DNA of 64,000 nucleotides from an uncultured delta proteobacterium (GTDB taxonomy: Bacteria; Desulfobacterota; Binatia; UBA9968). The notes beneath the pieces are model-generated. The model was not told the DNA's origin and ran no database searches. It was given only the letters and a program-made list of their open reading frames with translations. The translations under genes and the position numbers were made by a program. The stretch is from positions 544,001-608,000 of the forward strand of contig CAVSHR010000002.1 of assembly GCA_963727625.1 (NCBI GenBank). Direction: 5' to 3'. Position 1 is the first letter of the stretch, and each line of letters begins with the position of its first letter. Of the stretch, positions 34,401-43,493 are shown piece after piece.

Positions 34401-34856
34401 CGCGCCAAAGCGCGCCAGTTTCTCAAGGCCAACGAAAATCACATTGCCGTGTACAAACTGCGCATGAATGAGCCGCTCACGCCGACCGACTTGGCGGAGC
34501 TGGAGCGCATGCTCTCGGAAAGCGGCATTGGCGCTGTCGAGGAGGTGCAAAGAGCCAAGGAAACCAGTCAAGGATTGGGCCTCTTCGTGCGCTCGCTCGT
34601 CGGGCTCGACCGCGAAGCCGCGAAAAAGGCGCTCGGCAGTTTTCTTGGCGGGAGAACGTTGCGCGCAAATCAGATCGAGTTTCTAAACTTGATCATCGAT
34701 CACTTGACCGAGCATGGCTCGATGGATGCGAGCTTGCTTTACGATTCGCCCTACACCGACTTCACCCCGCGCGGTGTCGACGGGGTATTTGAGTCAACAG
34801 AAGTTGATGAGCTTGTGGCGATTTTAGACGAGGTAAGGAAGCGGGCGGTGGGGTAA
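31434..34856 (+). CDS. hsdR: Type I RM restriction subunit HsdR (DUF4145 N-terminus, EcoEI-type C-terminus)
   Basis: FVDYVLW..LVEAKR nuclease, MATGAGKT, IIDEAHRS, GLTATP, SVDMLDTGID, QMLGRGTR. Confidence 0.95.
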   Translation: MSLFVFLQSEWPELFEPAAKAESLVYPDSRSSCFHARRALELAVHWLYKHDSTLKLPYQDHLSALVHEPTFRRAVGPAIFAKIKVVKDLGNLAVHSHKPVRQLDALTATKELFHFMFWLARTYARGAKPADNLSFNPDLLPKSSGVSPQTLEQLQKLESQLRERDEKLSELLSGKKALDDELERLRLEVADAKRQNAVRPDDHNYSEAETRDYFIDLLLKEAGWALTNPQDREFPVTGMPNNADEGFVDYVLWGDDGKPLGLVEAKRTKRDSRVGQQQAKLYADCLEKPFGQRPVIFYSNGYDHWMWDDASYPPRPVQGFYKKPELELLIQRRTARKTLADAKIDESIVERYYQSRSIRRVGEAFERDLDRKALLTMATGAGKTRTVIALCELLMRCNWAKRVLFLADRVALVRQAVNAFKKFLPDTSPVNLVTEKDAEGRVYVSTYPTMMGLIEEADEGQRRFGVGHFDLVIIDEAHRSVYQKYGAIFEYFDSLLVGLTATPKDEVDRNTYRLFNLENGVPTDNYTLDEAVRDGFLVPPTAVSVPLRFQREGISYDQLSEEEKEEWDALDWSDDGTIPNRVEAQAVNRWLFNKDTVDKVLEHLMTRGLKVAGGDRLGKTIVFAKNHDHAQFIAERFNINYPHYRGEFARVIDFETEYVQSLIDNFSIPAKGPHIAISVDMLDTGIDIPEVVNLVFFKLVRSKTKFWQMLGRGTRLCLDLFGPGKDKELFYVFDYCQNLEFFSQELPATEGNLGDSLAKRLFNARFELIGELDKKVAVERAQDGGGHSGEAAAAFGSGSSDDEVRRATAEMLRIEVAAMNVNNFVVRPKRRFVEKYASTEAWSQLDGVAYTELAHEVAGLPTELDPEDEEAKRFDLLMLNLQLAVLRHEPSFARLRDQVKGIAGLLQDKASIPMIQAELPLILDLQTDEWWQEVTVPTLEGVRRRLRSLVKLIDKKQRQPIYTDFEDLMGSEREITLPGFTLPSDFERFRAKARQFLKANENHIAVYKLRMNEPLTPTDLAELERMLSESGIGAVEEVQRAKETSQGLGLFVRSLVGLDREAAKKALGSFLGGRTLRANQIEFLNLIIDHLTEHGSMDASLLYDSPYTDFTPRGVDGVFESTEVDELVAILDEVRKRAVG

Positions 34857-34942
34857 TACACCACATCGTTGCCAGTGAAAATTTCGGGTTTCCGCAAACT
34901 ATCCATGTCTTCGGCACGGCAACGGCGGGTTTTACGATGGCG

Positions 34943-35146
34943 CTATGGTTTGACAGCAAATAACTCCGCGTAGTTCTCCATCCCCAATTTTCTCTTCCCG
35001 GTCTCCAACTCGAGGATCATCTCCAGCAGCTTGCGGCAGAGCGGCGTCGGGATTCCTAGTCGTTCGCTTTCGCGGATCACGTGGGCGAGGGTGAAGTCGA
35101 CTTCGGTCTTGATGCCCTTCTGAATCTGCCGGAGAGGGCCTTTGCG
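34943..35146 (-). pseudogene. Detached 3' fragment of a ketopantoate reductase-family gene
   Basis: Translates RKGPLRQIQKGIKTEVDFTLAHVIRESERLGIPTPLCRKLLEMILELETGKRKLGMENYAELFAVKP*, a close match to the C-terminus of the gene at 37302-38294 (offset 2350 bp). Confidence 0.9.
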
Positions 35147-35169
35147 ACGCCTATTTCACCTCTTCTCTC

Positions 35170-35356
35170 ATTATTACTTTCAGAACGTCGGTACCTGGTT
35201 TGCGTCGCCCGCGCAAAACAGCACATCGCTGACGTCGCTCGGCGCTCTACATATTTGGGCCGGCATTTCTGATCCGAAGGATCGTCCGGTGCAGTTTGAT
35301 CTGCGCGCGGAAATTCTGAAGAACGGTGTTGCAATCGCTGCCGGCGAATTATCCCG
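35170..35356 (+). pseudogene. Probable fragment of an extracellular-protein gene
   Basis: Protein-like beta-rich stretch FQNVGTW...LHIWAGISDPKDRPVQFDLRAEILKNGVAIAAGE with no credible start or RBS. Confidence 0.35.
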
Positions 35357-35526
35357 GGTCCATCAGCTTCGGCAAGGACCGGAAAACGCCATGGGCAGCT
35401 GTTGTGTTATCGAATCAATAGGTGTTTCTCGCCATGGAAGGAATTCTCCTCGACCCACCCAATGTATGAATCCGTCCGTACGACTTTACCTGAGGTATTT
35501 TCACGATTGCTTTTCGTTAGGGTGAC

Positions 35527-36009
35527 ATGCGCGGGATAGATACTGCTAGAGTCTTTGTGCTGATTGGAGTCTTATCTGTTGCGGGTTGCAGCCAGACGAC
35601 TCATAAGGCTACCAGTTTCACTAGGACTGTAACTACCATGGTTGCAGTAAACGCTAACGTGCGTTCTCAAGTCTGGGTGTCCGATCGGAAAGTCGGAACC
35701 ACTCCCGTTGTTTTTCCTTTCAACTATGAAGAGGAAGTGGATTTACAGGCAAAAGATAAAAACTATTGGGAAACAAATCCGGGAACAGCCGCTGTGGTAA
35801 CAGTGTTGAGCTTTGGGACTTATCTTCCCTTCTCATTGATTCCGGTGGAGCCAACGGCAGATTCACGTCCATCGGGAAAATACCTCAAAAATAAATTTAT
35901 CTTGCGCCTCGAAGCAGAAAGTTACGAGCCATTGACAAATAGCGTTGAATGCCAGGGCCAAGAGAAATTAGAGATCAACGTGACATTAAAAGAGTCGCGC
36001 AAACAATAA
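35527..36009 (+). CDS. Hypothetical lipoprotein (PEGA-like)
   Basis: Lipobox VAGC, VWVSDRKVGTTP, LRLEAESYEP; low GC. Confidence 0.7.
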   Translation: MRGIDTARVFVLIGVLSVAGCSQTTHKATSFTRTVTTMVAVNANVRSQVWVSDRKVGTTPVVFPFNYEEEVDLQAKDKNYWETNPGTAAVVTVLSFGTYLPFSLIPVEPTADSRPSGKYLKNKFILRLEAESYEPLTNSVECQGQEKLEINVTLKESRKQ

Positions 36010-36034
36010 TCCTAGCCATAGAGAAAGGCATTCA

Positions 36035-36574
36035 ATGCCAAGAGCACTAATCGAAAAAATTTGCCTGACAGTCACGATGCTGGTGATCACGGGATGTGGG
36101 GCTACCGACTTTCAGTCCAAGATGCCGGACTCTTTTGCCTTGCAACAAGGTCAAACCATTGAGTTCCCGCCCATTGAAAACTCCACCGGCAAGTCCCTTG
36201 ATCCTCCGGCGGATCAGATTTTCAATGAGTATATGACTACGTTGCTTCAGGAAAGAAAACTTCTACAAACTTCACCACAGCAGCCAGCCACACTGATTCT
36301 GAAAACAAAACTAATAGAATACGAGCCTGGCAACGCGGCTGCTCGATGGGTGCTCCCTGGTCTGGGCACGACAGTCTGCACTGTCCATGCAGAGCTTCTC
36401 GACAAGAGCACTGGAGCCCTTAAGGGTCGAATGCAAGCCCGGCAAACCGTCTCCTTTGGAGGGGCCTACTCTATAGGAGCTGACAAGTATATCTGCAAAC
36501 GTGCAGCGGACGACCTTATCGAGGAAATAGACAAGAAAATGGGCAAGAAAGAAGTTGAGGCGCCATCGCAATAG
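36035..36574 (+). CDS. DUF4410-like lipoprotein
   Basis: Lipobox ITGC, LIEYEPGNAAARWVLPGLG. Confidence 0.75.
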   Translation: MPRALIEKICLTVTMLVITGCGATDFQSKMPDSFALQQGQTIEFPPIENSTGKSLDPPADQIFNEYMTTLLQERKLLQTSPQQPATLILKTKLIEYEPGNAAARWVLPGLGTTVCTVHAELLDKSTGALKGRMQARQTVSFGGAYSIGADKYICKRAADDLIEEIDKKMGKKEVEAPSQ

Positions 36575-37301
36575 ATCAATCAGCCATTGGTAACTGATAA
36601 GCAGGTAGAAATCCGATCGAGCGTAACCGTCAAGACTTGCGTAAATAAGGAAACTGGGGAAGCTGGCGATTGGATATGATAGACGAAGTCGAATTTCACG
36701 AGTTGAAATACGATAGAGAGCGCGTTCAAAGAATGGTGGCGGATTACGCCATGGCGCCGGCCAAGGTGGCGCGTCAAGTGGGAATCTCGACCTCGGGGTT
36801 TCGAAGTTATTGAGCTTGAGTTTGTCCAGTTAATTATAGCGACGTATGGCATTGCAAGCGGAACATCAAGGGAGTTGTGCGATGATATCGCAGGCGAGCC
36901 GGCAACGCAGCGTGGCAATGGAATCGGGCTCCTGACAGCGAGCGCGCTGGGCTGCCGGGCGGCGTGAGCTTTCCCCCATAGGTTGGACAGTTTTTAACCC
37001 CAAATAAGCTCGTCAATCGGACTTCGGAAAGTCGCTTTTTGCGACTCTTGCTCTCGGACCTGTGGAAAGAAAAAAAGTCAGATAAAGGGATCCGAGTCGG
37101 TCGATCGAAGAAATTTTCTCTCCACAATCGCTTATATGTATAAGTCAACACTTTATTTGACAGTCGGCTGATAAGTCCTCATGGTTGGCTATTGTGAGGG
37201 TATCAGATAAAAAGAACTTATCGGCCGGTGGAAAAGCATCGGTATAATCAGCCTGGAGGCGTAAATAAGATGTCGAATCGCGGGGTGTAGTCGCCATCAC
37301 A

Positions 37302-38294
37302 TCACGCGCGCAACTCGGCGTAGTTTTCCAAGCTGAGCTTGCGTTTGCCGATTTCCAGCTCGTGGATCATCTCCAGCAGTTTGCGGCAGAGCGGCGTCGG
37401 GATTCCTAATCGTTCGCCCTCGCGGATCACGTGGGCGAGGGTGAAATCGACTTCGGTCTTGATGCCTTTCTGAATTTGCCGGAGCGGGCCTTTGCGGTCG
37501 TCGACTTTCCAGGACTTGGCGAATTCATTGACGGCGGCGAGCCGCTTTTCGAATGGGATGCTAGGGTGAAAATCCGGCGGGTTATATTCGGCGAGTGGGA
37601 TAAATCGGGCGCCGGCCGCTTTTCCGACCGCGACGACTTCGCCGAAAAATTCCGTCAGATTTCTTCGGCTTGCTTCATCGGCGCAGCTGGTGGCCAGAGA
37701 AGCGTCCGCAAGCGAACCGAAGTAACCCAGGCAAGTATAGGTGAGCTTGCTCCACAAGACGCCGAGAATGTTGTCGGTGATCTCGGTTTCCATCACGGTG
37801 TTGAGCAGCTTGGCGAGATTTTCCAGTGCGGGTGTCGTCCGGCCATGCAGGTGGCCGACGTAGAGGTGGCCGCGCGTGGCGGTGTGCAAATGGCCCGGGG
37901 CGTGGCGCCGCGAGCCCATGCGGATCGCCATACCGACGGTGCGGTCGGCGCCGACTTTTTCTTGCAGCTGCGGCGGATTGATGCCGTTTTGCATCGATAC
38001 CAGCAAGCCGTCGTCTGTCAGGTGCGGCAGTACCGTGTTCAGGGCGTCGGGCGTGTAGTTCGACCGTACGGCGATCATGCCGATGTCGTATTTGCCCTGA
38101 ACCTCGTTCGGGAAAACGACGTTGACTTTCACGTTGAACGGACCGTCGGGCACGTCGACCTGCAAGCCCTTGGCGCGGATCGCCGCGACATGCTCTTGGT
38201 CGACATCGACGAAAGTCATATCGTTGCCCGCGCGCGCTAGCCTGCCGCCGATGATGCCGCCGATGGGACCGGTGCCGATGACGATGATGCGCAT
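37302..38294 (-). CDS. 2-dehydropantoate 2-reductase (ketopantoate reductase) family protein
   Basis: IGTGPIGG Rossmann motif, SMQNGI, LWSKL, KTEVD, GIPTP. Confidence 0.88.
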   Translation of the reverse strand: MRIIVIGTGPIGGIIGGRLARAGNDMTFVDVDQEHVAAIRAKGLQVDVPDGPFNVKVNVVFPNEVQGKYDIGMIAVRSNYTPDALNTVLPHLTDDGLLVSMQNGINPPQLQEKVGADRTVGMAIRMGSRRHAPGHLHTATRGHLYVGHLHGRTTPALENLAKLLNTVMETEITDNILGVLWSKLTYTCLGYFGSLADASLATSCADEASRRNLTEFFGEVVAVGKAAGARFIPLAEYNPPDFHPSIPFEKRLAAVNEFAKSWKVDDRKGPLRQIQKGIKTEVDFTLAHVIREGERLGIPTPLCRKLLEMIHELEIGKRKLSLENYAELRA

Positions 38295-38552
38295 AGCCGA
38301 TCATCCTCCTTGGTAACCTTGCTGGCTCCGCCCAAGATATTGAATCGATAAGAAAGCGTCAAACGATTTCTGTTTAGCAAGAAGTCCTGTCACGAGGGTC
38401 GCCGGCTCACCTGGCGCTACTACTTGAAGAATTGACAGGCGTGGCATAAGTAAATCGAAGCGCTCGCCGCTCTCTACCGTCGAGGTGGAGAGAATCGGAT
38501 CTGTGAAACTGCCTCTGATCGTGGCGGTCCGCTGAGAACTGGAGGAAACTGA

Positions 38553-39338
38553 ATGCTCCGCAGCAACGAAACCTACGACATGCTGCTCAAGCTGGTAAAG
38601 ACGCGGCATAGCGTGCGCAAATTCAAGCCGGATCCGATTCCGGAAGACACCATCGAGAAAATTTTGGAAGTCGGCCGCTGGGCGATGTCCGGGGCGAACT
38701 CGCAGCCCTGGGAATTCATCGTCGTCACCGATCCGAAGCTCAAAAAAGAGCTGCGCGATGCTTACTCTGAATACAATACGGATTTTATCTTCTGGATGGA
38801 ACAGCAGCGCGAGTACAATCTGCGCCATCCGTCCTATCAGGTAAAAAACGACCCGCATGAATCGCTCCGTTTCAACAAGGCCAAGGCCAACTGGCATCAG
38901 GCGCCGGCGGTGATCGTGGTGTGCGGCGACGGGCGGCGCCAGTGGGGCACGGTGATGGGCGCGCATACCTTCGGGCGCGACCAATCGCACTTGACCGACA
39001 GCCTGGCCAATGCCAGCTTCCTGATTCACCTCGCCGTCGCTTCATTGGGCCTGACGTCGGAGTGGGTGTCGATCCATATCGAGGAGCCGCACAAGCGTAT
39101 CCTCGGAGTGCCCGATTTATTGAAACTGTACCTGATCATACCCATCGGTTACCCCGATGTCGCGAGCCGCGGCGACGGCGTGCGCCGGCCGCTTCAGGAC
39201 ATCGTCCACCGCGAGCGCTACGACATGAGCAAGTACATGTCCAACGAGGACGTGATCAAATATCTCCATTCGCTGCGCGAAGCAACGGTGCCGATTCATT
39301 CGGCATCGCGCTCGGTGGAGGCGGAAGAAAAGAAGTAA
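38553..39338 (+). CDS. Nitroreductase family protein (copy 1)
   Basis: TRHSVRKFKPDPIP, WAMSGANSQPWEFIVV, IPIGYP. Confidence 0.9.
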   Translation: MLRSNETYDMLLKLVKTRHSVRKFKPDPIPEDTIEKILEVGRWAMSGANSQPWEFIVVTDPKLKKELRDAYSEYNTDFIFWMEQQREYNLRHPSYQVKNDPHESLRFNKAKANWHQAPAVIVVCGDGRRQWGTVMGAHTFGRDQSHLTDSLANASFLIHLAVASLGLTSEWVSIHIEEPHKRILGVPDLLKLYLIIPIGYPDVASRGDGVRRPLQDIVHRERYDMSKYMSNEDVIKYLHSLREATVPIHSASRSVEAEEKK

Positions 39339-41003
39339 ATGACCGAGAGCGCCGTCAATCCGATCACCGTCGAAGTGGTGCGCAGCGGCCTGGCCCATAT
39401 CGCCAACGAGATGGCCACCGTGCTGCGCAAAACTTCTTACAACATGATGATCTACGAGGTGCGCGACTATTGCGTGGGCATCGTCGATCCCGAGGGAAAT
39501 ATTCTCTCGCAGAACTTCGGCGCCCTGCCGATCTTTCTCGCCGACTTGGGACCGGCGATTTTGGACGGCGTGCACATGCACGGCCGGGACGGTTTTCAGC
39601 CCGGCGACGTGCTGCTCATGAATCATCCCTACGTTTGCGGCCAGCACTTGAACAATGTCGTGGTCTACACGCCGTTCTTTCATCGGGGCGAACTGGTCGC
39701 GTTCCTCGCCGTGCGCGCCCACTGGATCGACATCGGCGGCACACGGGTCGGCTTCGGCTTCAGCGGCACCCGGGAAGTCTACGAAGAGGGCTTGCAATTT
39801 CGCTCGCTCAAGCTTTACCGCGGCGAGCAGCCGAACCAGGATATTTTTCAAATCATCACCGACAATGTGCGCTTCGCCGAGTCCTGTCTCGGCGACCTGC
39901 GCGCGCAGATCGCCGCCTGCCGGGTCGGCGACCGCGGCTTAGGCTCCTTGGTGGATCGCTACGGTTTGAAAACTTTTTTGCGAGCCGTCCGAACCATCTG
40001 GAGCCAATCAGAAGCGCTGGCGCGCGAAAAGGTTGCGCAGATCAAACCGGGGAAGTATCAAGCCGAAGCGTCGTTCGACAGCGACGGCGTTAATCTGGAC
40101 CGGCCGGTGCCGCTCAAGGTCGGCGTCGAAGTCGGTGGCAATGAGATGACTATCGATTTCTCAGAAATCAGCGATCAGGTGCCGGGCTCGATCAATTCCG
40201 GCGAGTCGGGCGCGGTGGCGGCGGCGCGAGTGGCATTCAAATCGCTCGTCGCGCCGTTTTCGCCCATCGACGAAGGCTGTTTCCGGCCGCTGAAGATCGT
40301 CATCCCCGAGGGGAAAATCTTGAGCGCCACGCCGCCGTCGCCGGTGGGTAACTGGAGCCGCACTCTGCCTACGGTCATCGATTTGATATTTCGCGCCTTG
40401 GCGCCGGCCATGCCCGACAAGATCGCCGCCGGCCACAAGGGCGATATGGGCGGCTATGCGTTCTTCGGCGCCGATCCCAAAACCGGCCGACGATTTCTCT
40501 GCCAGACGATCATGGGCGGCGGCTGGGGCGCGCGCGCCGGCGCGGACGGCGAGAATGCCACGGTGTCCATGTGCCAGGGCGACGTGCAAAACGCTCCGGT
40601 CGAGTTGCAGGAAATTTATTATCCTGTTTTGGTGGAGCATGAACGCTTGCGCGAAGGCAGCGGCGGGCCGGGAAAGTTTCGCGGCGGCCTGGGCATCGAA
40701 GTCGCAGTGCGGGTGCTTTGCGACGCCTTCACCAATATCAATGTCGAGCGCCAGCGCACCGCACCATGGGGGCTGTTCGGCGGCCAAGACGGCGCGACGG
40801 CCAAGGCGCTGGTGAAACAGGCGCCAGAAGATGCGGGAACATGGATGACTAAAAAGCCCAATTATCCTTTGAAGGCCGGCGGCAGCGTGACATTTCTCAC
40901 CGCGGGCGGCGGCGGGTATGGCTCGCCGGGCGAGCGCTCGTGTGAGCTGATCGAGCGGGATCATGAGCTGGGCTATGTTGCGGCGCTAAACGAATCGAGG
41001 TGA
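39339..41003 (+). CDS. Hydantoinase B/oxoprolinase family protein (copy 1)
   Basis: NPITVEVV, NHPYVCGQHLNN, AHWIDIGG, GSGGPGKFRGG, TAGGGGYG. Confidence 0.92.
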   Translation: MTESAVNPITVEVVRSGLAHIANEMATVLRKTSYNMMIYEVRDYCVGIVDPEGNILSQNFGALPIFLADLGPAILDGVHMHGRDGFQPGDVLLMNHPYVCGQHLNNVVVYTPFFHRGELVAFLAVRAHWIDIGGTRVGFGFSGTREVYEEGLQFRSLKLYRGEQPNQDIFQIITDNVRFAESCLGDLRAQIAACRVGDRGLGSLVDRYGLKTFLRAVRTIWSQSEALAREKVAQIKPGKYQAEASFDSDGVNLDRPVPLKVGVEVGGNEMTIDFSEISDQVPGSINSGESGAVAAARVAFKSLVAPFSPIDEGCFRPLKIVIPEGKILSATPPSPVGNWSRTLPTVIDLIFRALAPAMPDKIAAGHKGDMGGYAFFGADPKTGRRFLCQTIMGGGWGARAGADGENATVSMCQGDVQNAPVELQEIYYPVLVEHERLREGSGGPGKFRGGLGIEVAVRVLCDAFTNINVERQRTAPWGLFGGQDGATAKALVKQAPEDAGTWMTKKPNYPLKAGGSVTFLTAGGGGYGSPGERSCELIERDHELGYVAALNESR

Positions 41004-41005
41004 TT

Positions 41006-42115
41006 ATGAACGATAATCAAGAATTCGCTATACGCATCGCTCGCGCGCGCGCAGCGATGCGCGAAAAGGGCTTGCAAACTCTGTTGGTCTACGACTCCGG
41101 CCGGCATAATTTTTTGCGCATGAACTATGTCGCTTATCTGACCGACTTCATCAGCGTCGGGCCGCAGACCATGCTGATCGTGTCTCTGGAGGATGCGGCG
41201 GTACTCTATTTGTCGCCGGTGTGGGATATTGCGCGGGCCCGGGAAGAATCCTTCGTCAAGGACATCAAGCCGTTCAACGAATTCTGGCCGCGATTGACGG
41301 CCTTATCCGGCAAGGCAGGCTTGATCGGCCGCGAGGCGATGGATGTCGGTCTGCACGACGAAGTTACAAAATCCCTCGGACAAGCGCCGGTCAACGCGAA
41401 AGAGATCATCGAAGACATGGCGCGCTCGAAGACTCCGCTGGAGCTTGAGCGCTTGCGGCGCGCGGCTTCAATTGCCGATGCCGGCGTCCAGGCGCTGCAC
41501 GAAGACGCGCATCCCGGCTTGAAAGAATTCGAGCTTGCTGCCATCGTCGAGTACCGGATGCGCTCGCTCGGCGCCGAGGATAATTTTGGCATGGTCGTGG
41601 CCAACAGTCACAACCATGCGCTGCATCCGCCGACAGACCGCGTCGTCCAGCCTGGCGATATCATCATCGGCGAGATCACACCCTGTATCGGCGGACTCTT
41701 CGTGCAGATTTGCCGCACGATGGTTTTGGGCGATCCGGCTCCGGTAGTGCGCGAAAAGTACGCCATTTTGAAAAAAGCGATGGGTTTGGGGATGGAAGCG
41801 GCGAGAACCGGAGCGCCGGCGAGCGACGTCGCCGAGGCGATCAACGGCACCTTTATCGAGTACGGCTACGAACAATATTGCCGGCCGCCGTTCATGCGGG
41901 TGCGCGGTCACGGCCTCGGCTGCGGTTCGTTCGCGCCGGGCAGCTTGGAAGACAGCAACAAGACTCAATTGGCGGAGAACATGACGTTTATCGTTCATCC
42001 AAATCAGTATCTGCCCGAGACCGGGTATCTGACCCTGGGTGACACGGTGGTGATGGGAAAGACCAAAGCGGAATCGCTGATGAAATCGACTTGGGATCTT
42101 TTTGTTAAAGATTAA
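41006..42115 (+). CDS. M24/creatinase-fold protein with non-canonical metal site
   Basis: Creatinase N domain, KTPLELERLRRA, GEITP..VQICRT, GHGLG, IVHPNQY. Confidence 0.85.
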   Translation: MNDNQEFAIRIARARAAMREKGLQTLLVYDSGRHNFLRMNYVAYLTDFISVGPQTMLIVSLEDAAVLYLSPVWDIARAREESFVKDIKPFNEFWPRLTALSGKAGLIGREAMDVGLHDEVTKSLGQAPVNAKEIIEDMARSKTPLELERLRRAASIADAGVQALHEDAHPGLKEFELAAIVEYRMRSLGAEDNFGMVVANSHNHALHPPTDRVVQPGDIIIGEITPCIGGLFVQICRTMVLGDPAPVVREKYAILKKAMGLGMEAARTGAPASDVAEAINGTFIEYGYEQYCRPPFMRVRGHGLGCGSFAPGSLEDSNKTQLAENMTFIVHPNQYLPETGYLTLGDTVVMGKTKAESLMKSTWDLFVKD

Positions 42116-42119
42116 TCTC

Positions 42120-42164
42120 CGTTCAAATCGTTCAAATCGTTCAAGTCGTTCAAAACGTTCAAAT
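42120..42164. repeat. 9-bp tandem repeat CGTTCAA(AT/GT/AA) x5
   Basis: cgttcaaat cgttcaaat cgttcaagt cgttcaaaa cgttcaaat. Confidence 0.9.
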
Positions 42165-42196
42165 CGTAGATCGGAATTAGATGAGATGAGGGAAAG

Positions 42197-43357
42197 ATGA
42201 TTTTCGGACGACATTCGGTGCTGAAGCGAGGCTGTTCCACCTGGAATCCGGAGGAGTTGCCGCAGGGCGAATTTCAAGCGCGTCTCGATGCCGTGCGCCG
42301 GGAGATGGCGCGGCAGAATCTCAACGCCTTGGTGATCTACGGCGACAATTATTCGTTCGGGGATCTGTGTTATCTGACCAATTATTTTCCCAAGGTGCGC
42401 GGCGGCATCGCCGTGGTGCCGAGCGACGGTGCGATCTCGCTGCTGCTCAACATCGGCAGCCGCGACGTGCCGTTCGCCAAGACGCTCACCTGGGTCGGCG
42501 ACGTGCGGGCATCGAATCAAGTGGGCGTCGACGGCGCCAAGATGGTCAAGGAAAAAGGATTCGAAAAAGCGACCATCGGTTTGGCGGACTCCGGCCATGG
42601 TTTTCCGCTGCCGCAGCTGGAAGATCTCAAGAACGCATTGCCGCAAGTGACCTGGCGCGATTGCGACGGCATGATCCAGCCCTTGCGGTTAAGAAAAACC
42701 GCGCGAGAGCTCGCCGCCATGCGTGAAGCCGGAAGGGTGTTGAGCGAAGTTTGCGCCGGCGCCGCTGAGTTCATACGCGCCGGCAGAAAGGAATATGAGG
42801 TTGTCGCCGACATCGATCGGCTGGCGCGCGACAAAGGGGCGGAAGACCTTCGCATCCTCGCCGGCGCGGCAAGGTTGAACCCGCCGAGCTTTAAGCAGTC
42901 GGCGAGTATTGACCGCCACTGGGCGGTGTATCTGGCTCTGCAGCATGAGCGTTACTGGACGGAGGCTGGGCGGACTTTTATCTTGTCGGCGGACACCAAG
43001 CTGAAGGACGCCTACGAGAATGCGCTGGCGGCCGTTGCTCGGATGGCCGGACAGCTCAAACCCGGCGCTGCGGTGGCGGCGATCGGTGAAAACGCGCGCA
43101 AAATGCTCGGTGCATCCTATGCGACTGCGTCCGTCTACGGTCTCGGCAACGGCATCGGTCTGAACCAGTGGGAAGCACCGTTCCTTAATGAAAACGACGC
43201 GCGCGAAGTCGGCGCGGCGTCGATGGGCGCGGCTACCCTCGGCGACAACATGACACTGGCTTTGCGTGTAACTTATGAGACCGAAGGCAAGCTGGTTCTC
43301 TTCGGAGATAGTTTCGAGGTAACGTCGAGCGGGGCGAAGTCGCTGCTGGGCAGATAG
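42197..43357 (+). CDS. M24/creatinase-fold protein lacking catalytic residues
   Basis: EFQARLDAVRREM, RLRKTARELAAMREA, YWTEAGRT, GNGIGL. Confidence 0.82.
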   Translation: MIFGRHSVLKRGCSTWNPEELPQGEFQARLDAVRREMARQNLNALVIYGDNYSFGDLCYLTNYFPKVRGGIAVVPSDGAISLLLNIGSRDVPFAKTLTWVGDVRASNQVGVDGAKMVKEKGFEKATIGLADSGHGFPLPQLEDLKNALPQVTWRDCDGMIQPLRLRKTARELAAMREAGRVLSEVCAGAAEFIRAGRKEYEVVADIDRLARDKGAEDLRILAGAARLNPPSFKQSASIDRHWAVYLALQHERYWTEAGRTFILSADTKLKDAYENALAAVARMAGQLKPGAAVAAIGENARKMLGASYATASVYGLGNGIGLNQWEAPFLNENDAREVGAASMGAATLGDNMTLALRVTYETEGKLVLFGDSFEVTSSGAKSLLGR

Positions 43358-43375
43358 TCTAGCGCGATGAGTAAA

Positions 43376-43446
43376 GCGGATCCCTCACTTCGTTCAGGAT
43401 GAGCTTCTGCTTTCGGTATCATCCTGAGTGTCAGCGAAGGAGCTGC
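43376..43446. repeat. REP-like inverted doublet (TCATCCTGAG...GAAGGA family)
   Basis: gcggatccctcacttcgttcaggatga ... tcatcctgagtgtcagcgaaggagctgc. Confidence 0.65.
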
Positions 43447-43493
43447 TTAGTCGTTGACTACCCTGTAATGTATCAATTCATTTGAAAGGCTTC

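Noticed and set aside
25279-34942. RM island as an intact integrative element or prophage
   Set aside because: No integrase, transposase, tRNA target or clear terminal direct repeats were found by eye.
34943-37496. Duplicated segment as a diversity-generating retroelement TR/VR pair
   Set aside because: The differences are mostly synonymous and not confined to adenines, and no reverse transcriptase is nearby.
38921-40093. 390-aa alternative-frame ORF and similar long Arg/Ala-rich overlapping ORFs
   Set aside because: These are typical off-frame ORFs of GC-rich genes overlapping well-supported CDSs.
42120-42164. Tandem repeats as a CRISPR array
   Set aside because: The units are 9 bp with no unique spacers, and no cas genes are present in the window.
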